Below are positions 36,423 through 50,202 of a stretch of DNA of 64,000 bases, one piece after another. The stretch covers positions 1 to 64,000 of the forward strand of contig NW_014569533.1 in NCBI RefSeq assembly GCF_000743755.1, in the 5' to 3' direction. A model generated the notes under the pieces. That model did no database searches and was not told where the DNA came from. It worked only from the letters and a program-made list of their open reading frames with translations. Position 1 is the stretch's first letter. The number at the start of each line of letters is the position of its first letter. Position numbers and translations under genes: made by a program. This stretch comes from Blastocystis sp. subtype 4 (Eukaryota).

Positions 36423-36495
36423 TGCCCCTGCCGTGATTCGAACACGGGTTATCACGGCCACAACGTGATGTACTGACCAACTATACTACAGTGGC
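36423..36495 (-). tRNA. tRNA-His (GTG)
   Basis: Reverse complement GCCACTGTAGTATAGTTGGTCAGTACATCACGTTGTGGCCGTGATAACCCGTGTTCGAATCACGGCAGGGGCA folds as a cloverleaf with a GTG anticodon. Confidence 0.93.
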
Positions 36496-36531
36496 ACCTG
36501 AAAGGGTTCCTTTTCACTTCTATTTAGGAAT

Positions 36532-36539
36532 AACAAACA
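36532..36539 (-). terminator. TGTTTGTT 3'-end motif (IF2-like gene)
   Basis: AACAAACA on the + strand, 5 nt past the T of the minus-strand TGA (36544). Confidence 0.75.
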
Positions 36540-36541
36540 TC

Positions 36542-38315
36542 TCATTTCTCAATAGATTCCAACAATTCGCTCATCAAACGCGAATAAATAAAATGAGATC
36601 CTAAATGTACATCTGACGGAATATCCACATTAAACGATACAATCTTTGTATTTGAACTCTTACATTGCTCAATGTCGTTATCAAGAATCTGTCCAACCCG
36701 CGTCCTGACAACAGAGAATTGAGGCTTCTTTTCCAGAGTCTCCAGAATGACACTCAGACTGTTGGCATTGTCAGCAACCACGATAATCGGTTGTTTCTTC
36801 AATTCAATATATTCCTCACCATGAATAATCTCCGTCGCCCCTGGATCTGAAAGCGCAAATTCCTCTTCAGCACGCTCTTCTTCCTCTGTAGCACACTGTG
36901 CTGCATTGAAAGCATATTCCAGAAGACGCTGCTCCATAATCGCCTCAATCTCTTTTGGATCCCGTACAAAGAGTGTATGACCTGTTGGCAACATCTGGGA
37001 ATTCTTTCTCAATGCCGCAGGAAGTTTCCGCGCTCCGAGAACGTTGACAACCATTCCTGGAAATGCTTGTGAGATGGAATTGCTCTGAAGATCGACAAGA
37101 CTCCGCACACGACCCATATACAGCCCACAGATGAAATCATCACGAACAGACAGTTGTCCTTGTTGAATCAATGCACGAAATACAATTCCTTGAGAAGGGA
37201 TCAGAAGACTATCAAGAATGGATGCCTCTGCTGGTACATCCAAAGGAACAGATCGCTGATACTTCTTACCCAACTCTACAAGTCGTTGCTGGAAATGTTC
37301 CATTCCCGCTCCAGTAACAGAGGATATGGTACATGAATCCACTAGATATGAAAAAGAAAAGGAATTGAATACCAATTGGCACAGAGTATTCAGAAGCCAT
37401 AGCCAACATGGTTTGTTGAATTGAATTTTTCCGTTCATCCGTAACCAAATCACTCTTTGTGAATACTAAAATGACAGGGACACCATTGGCTTTGAGTTGA
37501 TTGAAAATGACATGAGACTCCTCCGAAGGACCTTCACTTAGTGAAACAACATAGAGAGCAATATCTGATAATACACTCCCATTATCACGAATCTATAAAT
37601 GAACTAACAGAAGAAGAGGAACAAAAGAGAAGCAAGACTGACCTGGAGTATCTAAAAATGTACACTTGAAGGAATCCAGTTGATTTGATGAATTATAGAA
37701 TGGAATTGATATAGCATTGGCTCGAATGATTTGTGTTGTTCCTCCAAACTCTTGTTTCTGGATGGAAGAATGTTGTAGATAATCCAGCAAGGTTGTTTTG
37801 CCATGATCCATTTCTCCAACAACCGAAATAACCGATTGACGCAAACATGACTAGTTCTTAAATAATCAATATTCACATACTCTACTTGTTTCATTAGACT
37901 CAGTTTGAATGTTCTCAGGATCAATCTCAACACACTCACACTTCTTCTTACATCTGTTCAAATATTGTTCTGCTATTGAATAGGGAACAATGACATCCCG
38001 TTCATCGGAAAAACAGTGAGATCGACCTTCCTCATCCTAGATCTCATCCTTTTCATTCAAATCCACTTTTAAATATAAGAATTTTCCTTCCCGAGTGCAC
38101 AGAGCTTTAGAAACATGAGAAAGAGGCAAATAAGACTTCTTTGCAACTGTGCGTAACTTATTGAATGGACTGAGTTTCACAATCCCTGATGAAGGGGTTT
38201 CCAACGAAGGATCAATAATCGTCCTTGTTTTCCGTGAGAAATGCCTAGAAATCCCTTTAATTACGTTGTTACTCTTCAAAAACGGCGGAAAGCGAAACAA
38301 ACAAGAAGACAACAT
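36542..38315 (-). CDS. Divergent organelle-targeted translation initiation factor IF2-like GTPase, C-terminally short
   Basis: Presequence-like N-terminus MLSSCLFRFPPFLKS...RHFS; G1 VVGEMDHGKTTLLD; EFGGTTQ; TFLDTPGQ; SSVTGAGM; domain II 'QGQLSVRDDFICGLYMGRVRSL'; domain III 'PIIVVADNANSL'. Confidence 0.8.
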
Positions 38316-38614
38316 GGATCTTATGATTCCTGTTTTCTCTTAACAGAGGAATCGTGAATCTCTGGTGAGTTTGAAATCACTGTCTTTACAAAGCATCGAT
38401 GCTTCTCCTTGTTTCTGTTCCAACAGGTGATTCACCTCTATATTATATCAATTTCATTACCGTCAGTGCTATATAGTTTACCATAATTGAGATCTCAGTA
38501 TCTCTTGGTTATCAAGCTCATTAGATCACTAAACATGTCTCCTTCGATGTGCCCGAAATCTTAGATAATTCGTTGTATTCGGTGTTATATTCTTTCTATT
38601 CCGTTTGTTAGACT

Positions 38615-40501
38615 ATGGCAGACCTGTATACACCTTACCGAAACTATGTGAAGAAGATGTTGACATTCCAGGGAAGAGAGAAGGGAACGGCAAAAGTGTT
38701 GATTCTAGATAATGATACGGTACTTTGCTGGTTATTAGAATAGAGCTAATGCGTAGACACAGTCGATTGCTGTTGCTTATTCTCAGAGTGAGATTCTGGA
38801 CTACGATGGTTGGAACTTTTTTTTCCAAACACTTATCTAATAGTTTTCCTGACTGAAAAGCTTGGAGCAAGCCACGAGGATATGAAGCACTTGATTGTAC
38901 ATAATTGTGTTTCGGATGGATGATTTGTAGGCAATCGTCTTTGTTCGACCTAGTGATGAAAATATTAAACTCCTTTGCGCAGAGTTGAAGAAACCCAAAT
39001 ATGGTGAGTATCATATCTGTACGACTTGATTTTCGAATTCACTCTAGACTTTACCAATATCTGTCGTATTGACAACATTCAGGAATTGGCTTCGGCTGAT
39101 GAGCATTGCGTAGTGAAGGAAATTCATGAGTTCTTTGGTGATTACATCCCAATTGATACAGACCACTATACCCTGAATCTGACGGATGGACTTCAATTGT
39201 GTCGTCAACCTAATCAGTGGAAGGTGACAGAGAATAACATTTTCCATCGTGCAACAGATGTAGAATTATAGCTATATACTCATTTCTAGTCGCTTCTGGC
39301 AGTTTGTCTGGCATTGAAACAGCGACCATATATTCGCTATCAGTCTACATCAGAATCGGCTGGACGACTTGCACGTGAAGTGCTGCATCAAATCGAACGT
39401 GAGGATCAACGTGGAGGTCTGTTTGATTATCGCGGGAATTGTCAGTTAGTGATTATGGATCGAAAGAGTGATCCTGTGACTCCATTGTTGATGCAGTGGT
39501 TGTATTTGGGTATGGTACACGAGTTTATGCCGATCTGGAACAATCGAGTGAAGTTGGTTAATAACGGAAAGGAAGAGGAATTTGTGTTGAATGCTCAAAC
39601 AGATGAATTCTTGAAGGCCCACAAATGGGATAATTTCGGTGATCTGTGTGATGCAGCAAAAGAGCAAACAAATGAGTTTGCAGCTGCTGACAAACGACAA
39701 GAGGAATTGAAGAGTACGGATATGGCTTCATTTGTGGAGAATTTCAAGGATTACAAGCTCTTAGAATTATCAGCTAAACGCCATGTGTCGTTGGTATCAG
39801 AGTTGAGTCGAATTGTGCGTGCTCATGCTCTGACTACCATATCTGCACTGGAGCAGAGTCTAGCATGCAGTAGTGATCATTCATCACAGTACAAGGAGTT
39901 AATGAGATTGATCGAGGATCCGAATGTACGTTTGGAAGGAGAGATATGATAAGCAGACCTCGAAAGAAGACTTGATTCGTTTGGCTGTGTTGTATGCATT
40001 GCACTATGAACAGAAACCTGGTAGCAAACTGAGTTCTGTTTTGTCTGCGTTACGTGATCGTGGTATCTCAGATGACATGATTTCCACGATTCATTCCTTC
40101 CTGAAGTACTGTGTATCTTCTGTTTCCTCATTTTTAGATTCTCTCCTTCAGAGGCTCGTACTGGTGATCTCTTTGGAAGTAGTGGAATCGGAGGATTGGT
40201 CCAAGGATTGGCGAAATCAATCAAGGGAACTGGCAGTGTATACACACAACATCAACCATTGCTGCAAGATGTGCTCAATCAGATCAAGAAGGGAAAGTTG
40301 TCAGAGGGAGATTATCCTTATGAGGGAGCAAGTGCTTCTGGAACTCCCAATGTAGTGATTGTGTTCTATGTAGGAGGAACGACATATGAGGAGGCTCATA
40401 CTGTGAGTCAGTGGAACGAGGAAGGAAGCATGCAAGTGGTTCTCGGAGGAACGCATGTATTGAATTCGGATATGTTCATGCGCTCAATAAAGACACTTTA
40501 A
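38615..40501 (+). CDS. VPS45: Sec1/Munc18 family protein VPS45
   Basis: AKVLILD..YSQSEIL; LASADEHCVVKEIHEFFGDY; IMDRKSDPVTPLLMQW; VYTQHQP; VIVFYVGGTTYEEA. Confidence 0.92.
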
Positions 40502-40612
40502 GGAGGTTTGTATTGCTTGTTGCTGTCTTGTTTGTTGATAGTCAAAATTCTGACTATTCGGATCATCTTTACTTAACTGACATGGTTTAAAACAAAGATA
40601 GTTCAAAAGAAA

Positions 40613-41999
40613 ATGAATGGAAATAGTTCAGCTGAAGTCATGAATCCAAGTAATTACAGAAAGAAAGATAAGAACTAGTGCGAATGCCGGTCCATCCTGT
40701 GTATACTGGAGATGAGGTGAACCAGACATTTGCTATTCTCTATTATGCAGTGTATCATGGTGAATGTCTTGTGGGTCCAGTTGGAGATACTATGAATCCT
40801 TCAATCCAAAAACTGTATCAAACAATTTGGTCGACCCGTAGCGATGCGTATTCATGTGTCTACAATAAGATCCCATCTGTCAATCTGGCGCAAATGACAC
40901 CACAGCAGCAGTTAGATGCGATAAAGGAATATGTTGCACCATATCCACTTCCTCCAAGTCTGGCTTATTCAACCTGTAGCATGAAGGATGTCTTTTCGGT
41001 TGGAACAACTCTAGAGTGGATTGTAAGCGATTGGATTGCGCTGCGTTCGGTATATATTTTGATTCAACTTCATCAAAAGGCTTTGAAGGAACCAACGCCA
41101 CAAGTTTCCTATCTTCGTGATGAAGTGATCAACTGTCTGAAGGAAGTGTATTACTCATATCCAGAATATAAGTGAGAGGTATGGGTGAGAATGACAACAG
41201 ATACACGCTTGAAGTACTAACAGATCTTCAAAACTGCGGAGCTACTTTATCAGATGGATTGAAATGTTTTGTCCAAGCTTGTGTAATTGCTACTCAAATC
41301 GAAGTCGATTGTATCGATCGTGTCATTATTTATTATCATGATTCATAAATAGGGTTTTCTGGAACTTCTATGGTTTGTGAAGGACGCAGAGCCAGTCTTC
41401 ATGATTGATACTCTCAAGGCTCTGATTGACAATCTAGTTCCTGGTAATGATGCGTGTAAACAGTCATTCCAGAAAAAGATGAATGAAATATACACTGTAG
41501 GAGCTGATTTCGACATTTACCAATCAGACTATGCGTATGGATCCTCAGTCTTCGTTGTCAGATTGCTCTCAAATTGTAATGAATCCGAATCTAGTTATTG
41601 CTTCTGTGAATCGTAAGAGTTGAGATGTGTATTTGATTGTGAGGAGCATTCAATGCAATCAACTATCTTATTCATCGTACTCCAATTGCACATATGATGC
41701 AAGAAGAAATGCATAGTGCATTGCAAATGATGAATACGATCAAACCCTGTTCTCCTGAGAATGCCAGGGCAATGGTTCCTCCTGCTCCAACGAATTATAT
41801 CGAAGCTTTTGACCAGTATGAGACTGTGAGAAAGGAGAAGGCTAGATTTATTGGAACACCATCCAAGCCAATGGTGATCCGCTGGGTAACAATACTTGTG
41901 AGTGTGATTACATTCTTACAGCAGAAGAGTCCATTGAATCCATTGATTAAAGATGCGAATAGTTTGGCGAATGCAGCTATGGATATGATTAAGAAGTGA
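40613..41999 (+). CDS. Hypothetical alpha-helical protein
   Basis: Several same-strand ORF fragments joined by ~30-nt GT-AG introns; TGA 41997 is followed by the variant motif TGTTTGTA. Confidence 0.65.
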
Positions 42000-42021
42000 A
42001 CATGTTTGTAAATAACACAAC

Positions 42022-45000
42022 TCATTTCAATATCGTATTTATACTCTCTTCCAACTCTTCGGCTTTGTTATGATCTTCAACGATCGTCATCAAATCACTC
42101 CTTACATACTGAAGCAATTCACGTTCCTCCACACCTATTCCATTCTGTCTACAGATTCTATGTCTCATTCATTCACTCATCTCTCACTCTACAATACATT
42201 CACTCACCAACAGACGCCATGATTCATCTCGTCTTGTCTCCAATAATCCTCGCAATTCGGTTGCCACAAAACTACGACTCTTGTGACATCGTGTAACGAA
42301 AAGACACACAACATTTCGCACTTGTTCGCATGAACTCAATGACTGTAATGCTTGACTCAGAAGAATCGTTAGAATTCCAGAAAAAGGCACATAAATATCA
42401 TCGTGGAATGTGTCAATAATCCTCACGATTTCAGTGATGAATTGCGTATCATAACTACCATGACACTGGAAGGAGTTATTCAAAATCTCATGCCAGCATA
42501 GTAGAATAACCGCAGGATCCGTCTTCTCCAATAGTTCCATACACTTCAGAATCTGTATTGGTTTATGTGCTTCCTTACACTCCTTCAACAGTTCATCCAA
42601 TGAAAGAGGTTTATCAATCATTAGATTGGCTTCAATCTGAATCGATAATTGGTCAATTTGTCGTTGCACAAACATCGGACGCAATTGTGGGTAAGGATAA
42701 GGAGTACGATATCCCTGCTCCTCTGCAAGAGCCAAATCCTTGTAAATTTCACAAAATGTTTGTTTACGTTGTTCCAATGTTAAGGAAATAAAAGGATACT
42801 GATTGAGAGCAACGATTTCAAAGAGCCGAATTGCTGCTGTGTGAGGCTTTCCATGTACCACATAGTATGTATTGAGAAGCTAGATATGAGTGAATGAGAG
42901 AAATGATACGAAATGATTGTGATGAAACAGAAACTCTTCCAATTCAGCTCTCATTGGGAAGTGTTCGAAGATTTCAGGATGAGACTCAAATAACCAATTG
43001 TAAACTCGCATACGCAGAGAATCAGAACCAAGTTCACATAGAAGTGGAATCATATCCAACTTACTGCCTTCAATTGCAATCATTACAATACGGAACAAAT
43101 GATTCTCCATTTCTTCAATCAATTGAATATGAATGGATTGAGCCTTGAGCAAGTCTTCATTTTCAGGATCCAGACACATCTCCACTGGAAGCTGGAGAAC
43201 TCCGTTAAGGAAAACTTGACCACAGTCCACAGGAGAGCCTTCAAGCAGGGACTCCACTCGTTGAATATACTCACTCACTTCTGAAGGAAGGACCTCGGAG
43301 AACACACGTCCTAATCTGTCTATTGCCAGACTACGGAAGGATGAATCTTGTTGAAGGAGATAGGAGGCTTGAGCTAAATACTTTGCTGGTTTGGGGAAAT
43401 AACCGCGGCAATCCGTCTCTAAGGCTTCGGATGCAGATTCAAAGGATTCTGTGAATGAACTGAAGTTCAAATTCTTACCCCAAGAAGAACCAAATGCAGC
43501 CAGAGTCTGAGAAGCGATGAATGGAAGCTGTTTGATACAAGAAGGATCAGTAACCCATTCACGGAACGATACTTCCTCAAGAAGAGAGTTCGATTCTTCA
43601 CGGAGAAGAGAACGAATGAACGGAGTAAGCTATTGTGAAAATGAGATAAAATCCTTACATGAAGTGCAAATTGAGTGAGAGAGAGACAACGATCCAGGAA
43701 GAGAAGTAGAGAGTAACCAGACCGTTCTAATACTGAGAGATGAGAGAGAGGAACAGAAGGAATCAAAGCAAGATGATGAAAGAGTTGAGACATTGAATGA
43801 AGACGATCTTGAAGCTGAGAGAGAAGAGATGAAGACGTGTGTGATGAAAGAATTGGTTGATTCCAAATAGATCGTAAGATGTGAGTTAGTGTGAGAAGTG
43901 AAGCATCAAGATAGATTGAGAATGCAGTGGGCTGTTCAATGAGTTGACTTAGAATCGAAATATCACATGAATGATTCACCAATTGCCAATCCAAGTAATG
44001 AGAAACAGTGAGTAATGAGACTTGTGTGGACTAAATATGATGACTCAAATATACTTTCACATCACTCCAATCTCTGTGAAGGGGATACCGATAAAGACAC
44101 AATACCTCATCTGGTTGAATTACGAGAAATGCTGGCTCGTTCTGTTCATACAATACTCCACAAACTCCAGCTAACAGATAATCACTCCCATCGGATCGAC
44201 GTTCTTTCCAAGAGGTCGGCGAATTCATAACACATACATTCAATACACGATTGAATGATGAACGCCACTCCACTTCTCGGTAGTACGATGGATTTGAATG
44301 AGAACGAACAATACCAACAAGGGTCTCTGTATCCAGAGCCAGGATTGAACTGCCTACAAACCACATATCCCTCAAACACAACTGTTTAGAGAGAGTAGGT
44401 CTCACAACACTCACCTGAAGATGATCCTCGACCAGACATACATAGAACCGCATTCCTGATTCTGTGACCACACATACTGTTGGAAGAGGACATAAGTCAT
44501 GGGGAAGGACTTGCAATGATAACAGATGAAGGTCTCTTGGTTGAATAGGCAGACCATTTGAACACAGTAGAATAGATTCATCAACCAGACGAGATGCAGT
44601 CACAAGATTCTCACAGTAATCAAGCAATTTGAAGTCAGACTCTACTAATCAGACCACGGTTGAGCGACTACCATCATGATCAAGCCAAAATACACAGACC
44701 CAGCCAGAGACGAGTAAGGCGTAGATGAGATGATAGAATGGATCATAACTAAGACTCTGAATCGGTGAACTCTGGATGAAGGAATGGAAGCCAAATGTCA
44801 AATTACGAATGTATGCGGAAGCAGTCATTCCAAGATAATTCAAGAAATAGGACTAGAAATGAGTACAGAATGATATGAAATACACGAGGTTCATAAATAA
44901 ACTCTTGAATCGTACCATCAGAACATCCAAGAAGAACACGACCATATCCTGTACAAATGAGATTTGTAATCTTTTGACCATCGATTGGAGCATTCACATG

Positions 45001-45798
45001 GAGAGGAGCAACTATCACCTAGAAATCACAAAGAAGGAGAATCAAAACTCGTTGTTCTTGGTTTTGAATAGATAGTAAGAGAACATCCGACGTTGTTATA
45101 ACTATAATTCCATACTCAATCGACATGTCGAAGATTCCCTGTTTTAGTCGTACCAGATCCACAAATAGAATCGTTTGATCAATTCCATCATATGAAAACC
45201 ACTGATTAGATGAACCATAATCCCAAAAGAACAACTGGTTACCAGATGCCATAAACAACAAATTAAACTCACTAAAATACCCTGACACTGGTTTTGAGAA
45301 GTGACTTAAGTCTTGGATCAGTGGTGGAAAAGGAATTCGAGATTTTACGACGAACTACAATATAAGAGTGATTGTGAACCTTCTACAGGTTCCGAATCCT
45401 GAGTATCTGACTGTTCTGGAATGCAAACGGCAGACACCTTTCGGTTGTAAAAAACATCAACTGCAAAACACTTCTGATCATCGGAAGTGATAAACTATAT
45501 TATGAGCAGGGCATTCAGCACCATTTACCGTATCAACTCCTTTTGAAGGAGCCTCAAGAAAATCCTTAGGAACAACGGTTTCTCGTTGAATTGGCATCAC
45601 TTCGATGATTCAGAATGGTGAGAGAAGGAATTGTTTGAGTAGACATATATAAACTACTGAAATCTGATTTATCATGTTCATACAATTGGATGAAAATAGA
45701 ATTGGAAGAGAAATAGAATGGAGTGTTTTTACGTCCTGCTTAGTATTCTGGACTCAAGTATGGAGAATTAGTTCACCAGTGTTCTCTGACAGTTCCAT
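42022..45798 (-). CDS. Nucleoporin Nup155/Nup170-like
   Basis: GYFSEFNLLFMASGNQLFFWDY..YDGIDQTILFVDLVRLKQGIF; TGYGRVLLGCSDGTIQEFIY; long helical C-terminal region. Confidence 0.75.
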
Positions 45799-45811
45799 AT
45801 TCTTGAAATGA

Positions 45812-45837
45812 AAATGGCGGGAACGACGCCGCCATTT
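45812..45837. promoter_or_regulatory. GC-rich inverted repeat in the 66-nt bidirectional Nup155/MSH6 promoter
   Basis: AAATGGCGG-gaacgacg-CCGCCATTT: perfect 9-bp inverted repeat that includes an E2F-like GGCGGGAA. Confidence 0.45.
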
Positions 45838-45864
45838 GTTTAGGTATTTCATTGTTCTTTTGTA

Positions 45865-48800
45865 ATGAACAAAGGTAGTCAAGGTACACCAACCAAAAAG
45901 ACAATTTTTGATTTCTTCAAAACTCCAAAGAAGAGTTCGAGTTCACATCAACGACTCATTTCGTAGAAATACCTTCACAGTCATCAGTTCTCTCGACTCC
46001 ATGTAGATCCTGTTGTCTATTTTCATGTAGCTCCTACGATTATCCAAAAGAAGGAACCCCAACCTGTTGTTAAGAAAGGAATACTTAATGGAACTGAAAG
46101 CGTGATTGGAAGGAGGATCCGTGTGTATTGGCCGAATGTAATCCCTGATCTGGTGGTTCATGGACTAGGATGATGAGTGGTATGCAGGAACGATCATCCA
46201 ACAACAAGGAGATACACTCCAGATTCAGTAAGAGTGAGTTATTGAAATGATGGTTAGTTATGACGATGGAGAGTATGAGTGGATTGACTGTAGCAAGGAA
46301 AAGTATGAATTGATGGCATTATCACCTATTCCACGCGCTCCTGCAGCATCTCAAGTATCTACCTCTCAGATGCCATCTGCTTCACTCCATTCTCAGATGT
46401 CTGTACAGCAAACTCAGATCTCTCAGAAGCCAATGCCATTGCAAACCAAGCCAATTCAGCGTTCTGTCGAGTCCAAAGACGATCAAGAGTATATTCCGAT
46501 GGAATTAGAAGAACCAAGTGACGAAGGAGTGAGTCTAGTGATGGAAGAAGACAGTGATGATCAACCGATTGGTCGACTCAAACGAAAAAGAGTTCTGGAT
46601 GATTCAGATAGTGATGAACCAATCATGAAGCGAGCTTCATTACCAAATCTACCGTCTTCAAAGAGAATCACAACTGACTTGGAGAATCCTTTGAAAGCAT
46701 TCAGTTATCAAGCTACGCCTACTTCATCAAAGACAACTACTCCTGTTAAGCCACGAGTTCTACCTTCTGGTGGTAAATCACGAAAACAAGGAGTTTCGTC
46801 AACTGAAACTAGTTTTGTAGAAGATGAAGGGAATTCATTAGATAAGAAAGGAGCTGTAATTTTGGGTGCAGGTGAACATGTTCATGATCATACTGATTGG
46901 ATGCAACATCCACATGACAGATATGGACATGAACCAAACAATCCAGAATATGATCCTACCTCTCTTTCGATCCCATCAGGCTATCTTAAGACCTGTTCAA
47001 ATGGAATAAAACAGTGGTGGGCAGTCAAGCAGAATAATTACGATTGTGTGTTGTTAATGAAGGTTGGAAAGTTCTATGAGACTTATCACCATGATGCTGA
47101 CATTATGGTGAAGGAATTAGATTTGGTTTATATGAAAGGAGAAATGGCTCATGCTGGATTCCCAGAAGCAGCTTATAGTAAATTTAGTAATATGTTGGTA
47201 AATGCTGGATATCGTGTTGCACGTATGGAACAGACTGAAACTCCTCAAATGTTGAAAGAACGAAACGCCCGTTCAAGTGTAAAAGTAACGATGAGTTGAT
47301 TGGTTGATTACTAGTCTCATGTTGTATCCAGAGAGGTGTGTAGTATTTTGACTCCTGGTGTCTCTGGACATGGAGTTGTTGATAAAGTTTACAATCAGAA
47401 AGATCATCGTATCTTGTGTACTATTACTGAAGAATGCAGTCAGTTAAATATGGAAGAAGATGAGTTGTTCCTAACAGGAGAAATTGGAAGGAAGATGGTT
47501 GAAGGAGGTAATCCTGATGCTGTGGTGATTGGTCTGTGTATTGTGGATACAGTTCTTGGAAAGTTTTATTTGGGTCAGTTTGTGGACGATGACCAACGAA
47601 CAGGGTTGCGGACCCAGTTACTGCGATTTGATCCAACTGAGTTTGTAATTCATAAGAAACGATTGTTGCCCCACACCATTCAACTTATTCATCAGGAATG
47701 TCCTTTAGCCATGATGAGTTATGTGGATCCTTCATCTGATTGTTCTCCTTCAAGTTTGATATCATTGGTGCAGCAGTACTCTCTGTTTGATTCCGATGAT
47801 GCTCCTGAGCTTGCAGGGAAGTGGCCCTCATTACTGCAATCTATGTTGACTGATCGAAAGACTCCGAATCCTAACTATTCATGTTGTTTATCAAGTCTTG
47901 CTCTTTCTGTGGCCTATCTAAATCGATGCTGTGTAGCGAATTTGCTCATGAGTCAACGATTGTTCTATTTAATTGATAACATTGATCAGGGTATTCAATT
48001 AGTGTCCTATTCACTATCTAGAAAAAGACATGTTACGTGAATTGTCTCATCCATCTACAATCTCCGAATCCCTTCCAACAGAACAGAAGACTATGATATT
48101 GGATGCAATTACTCTTAAGAACCTTGATATCTTACCAGATCCCACAAATCCTACAATTAACACACTATTTCAATATATCTGTCACACTGTAACTCCCTTT
48201 GGAAAACGAATCCTTCAAGATTGGATTTGTCAACCACTCTTTGAAATCGATTCAGTTAATGAGTAGGATTTAAATATGGTTCTTATATAGACGTTTGGAT
48301 GCTGTAAGTGAATTGATCGCGAAGCCATCATTAATGCAAGCTATCTCTGAAACCTTTAAAGGATTGGTGGATATTGATCGTATGTTAAGTCGTCTTCATG
48401 ACTATTGTACAAGCATCATCAATAAGAAACATCCTGATAATCGTGCTCAATATTATGATGATAAGAAATACAATACCAGGAAAATTAAAGATTTTGTACA
48501 ATTGATGGATGGAATGAGAGTTATTCTTGATTTCGGAAAAGGGCTTTCTGAATCATTGGATTCACGTCTTTTGCAAAAACTACTCACAGTTCGACCTGCA
48601 ACAGAGCTACATCTAGGAGAATTAGGTTTTCCTGATATGACAGAAATCCTGGATTTTTTTGACAATTCATTTAACCATGATTTGGCAATTCAACAGGGTA
48701 TTATTATGCCTCGTCCTGGTGTGAACAAGGCATTAGATGAGGTGTCTGAGAAGTTACTCGCTACACAACAGGAGTTGAACAATTATCTGGAAGAGATTCG

Positions 48801-50171
48801 TACTCGATTCCATAATCAGTAGGTTTTTCTGTCATTTTCAAATTCCAGATCCATCGTGTATTTTGGGAATAACAAAGATAGATTCCAGCTCCAGTTTCCT
48901 GATGCTGTTTGTCAACGTTTAGGTGCGATGCCAAAGGAGTTCACATTGAAATCTCAACGCAAAGGAGTGAAGCGATTCTGGACACCATTCATTACAGAGA
49001 AATTCACTCTGTTGCAACGAGTAGGCATATGCCCAGGAGTACTTATTGTAGTTGGAGGAGCAGAAACAGGATTTGTTGAAGACTGCGACAGCGGACGTGT
49101 TTCACAGCTTCTATCGTGTAATAATTGGGAGAATGATCCATTTGTAGCACCATCAGAATTGGTCACGTTTGGTACAATGTGCAGGTCAATTGGATGCACT
49201 ACGATCACTAGCAGTCACATCAACTGCTGGAGATGGTCGTGGTGAATGTGTTCGACCTATTTTTGTGCCTCGAGGAGCCACTGACAGAGCAGTCCTGGAG
49301 ATTCGAGATTCAAGACATCCCTGTGTTGTAACAACATTCAGTCGAGGTGATTTCATTTCAAATGATTTGATGCTTGGAGGTGAGGAGACTCCTCTGTGTA
49401 AGATAATCACAGGACCCAATATGGGAGGTAAGAGTACTCTTCTTCGACAAATGGCTGTAAGTATCATATTGGCTCAAATTGGTTGCTATGTACCAGCTTC
49501 ATATATGAAGTGTGAATGAGAGAGAAGTATGATACGTAGACTCTCCCCCGTTGATCGAATCTTCACACGAATTGGAGCACAGTATGAATGGAGGATTTGA
49601 GATAACGTCCAGAGATCGAATACTGTCAAATCAATCAACGTTTTACGTGGAATTAGTAGAAACATCGCTTATTCTCGCTAATTGTACGCAAGACAGTTTT
49701 TTGGTTATTGACGAACTGGGTCGTGGGACAAGTACATTTGATGGTTCAGCTATCGTATATGCTGTATTGAAATATCTCTCAAATGTGAAGCACTGTCGAA
49801 TGTTGTTCTCTACTCACTACAATTTTATCATCACTTCATTCTTAAATCATCATTCTATTAGCACTGGATACATGTCATATTTACTTGAAAAAGGACAGGA
49901 TGGAGAGGAAATGGTCACGTTCTTGTATAAGTTGGTTGAAGGCATATGTCCTGATAGCTTCGGCATAAATGTTGCTCGATTAGCAAATATTCCTGAAATA
50001 GTCCTTAAACGTGCAAAAGAAATGGCTGATTCATTCAGTATTGATTTGAATCTGAGAACACCAGAAGTTCAGTTGTTTTTGTATGAACAGTTGATATCCA
50101 AAATCAAAGAGATTCCTTTTGGAGAGCATTATGAAGAGAGAATACGTCATCTACTAAAGAATGTAATTTAG
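45865..50171 (+). CDS. MSH6: DNA mismatch repair protein MSH6 with PIP box and Tudor domain
   Basis: KKTIFDFF (PIP-like); Tudor IGRRIRVYWP..YDDGEYEWI; YDPTSLSIP; KVGKFYE; HAGFPE; TGPNMGGKSTLLRQ; DELGRGTSTFDG. Confidence 0.95.
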
Positions 50172-50190
50172 TTGTGATATGTTTGATAGT

Positions 50191-50198
50191 AACAAACA
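50191..50198 (-). terminator. TGTTTGTT 3'-end motif (gamma-COP)
   Basis: AACAAACA on the + strand; the minus-strand T at 50203 starts the codon after ...MSLLQ. Confidence 0.8.
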
Positions 50199-50202
50199 AA
50201 TG

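Noticed and set aside
38340..38600. Possible structured ncRNA between the IF2-like gene and VPS45 (GTGAATC...GATTCAC complementarity)
   Set aside because: No recognisable snRNA, snoRNA or SRP motifs; a covariance-model search would be needed.
9210..49551. Many fragmented ORFs with GTG/TTG starts, suggesting frameshifts, pseudogenes or a variant genetic code
   Set aside because: The breaks examined are bridged by ~30-nt GT-AG introns under the standard code.
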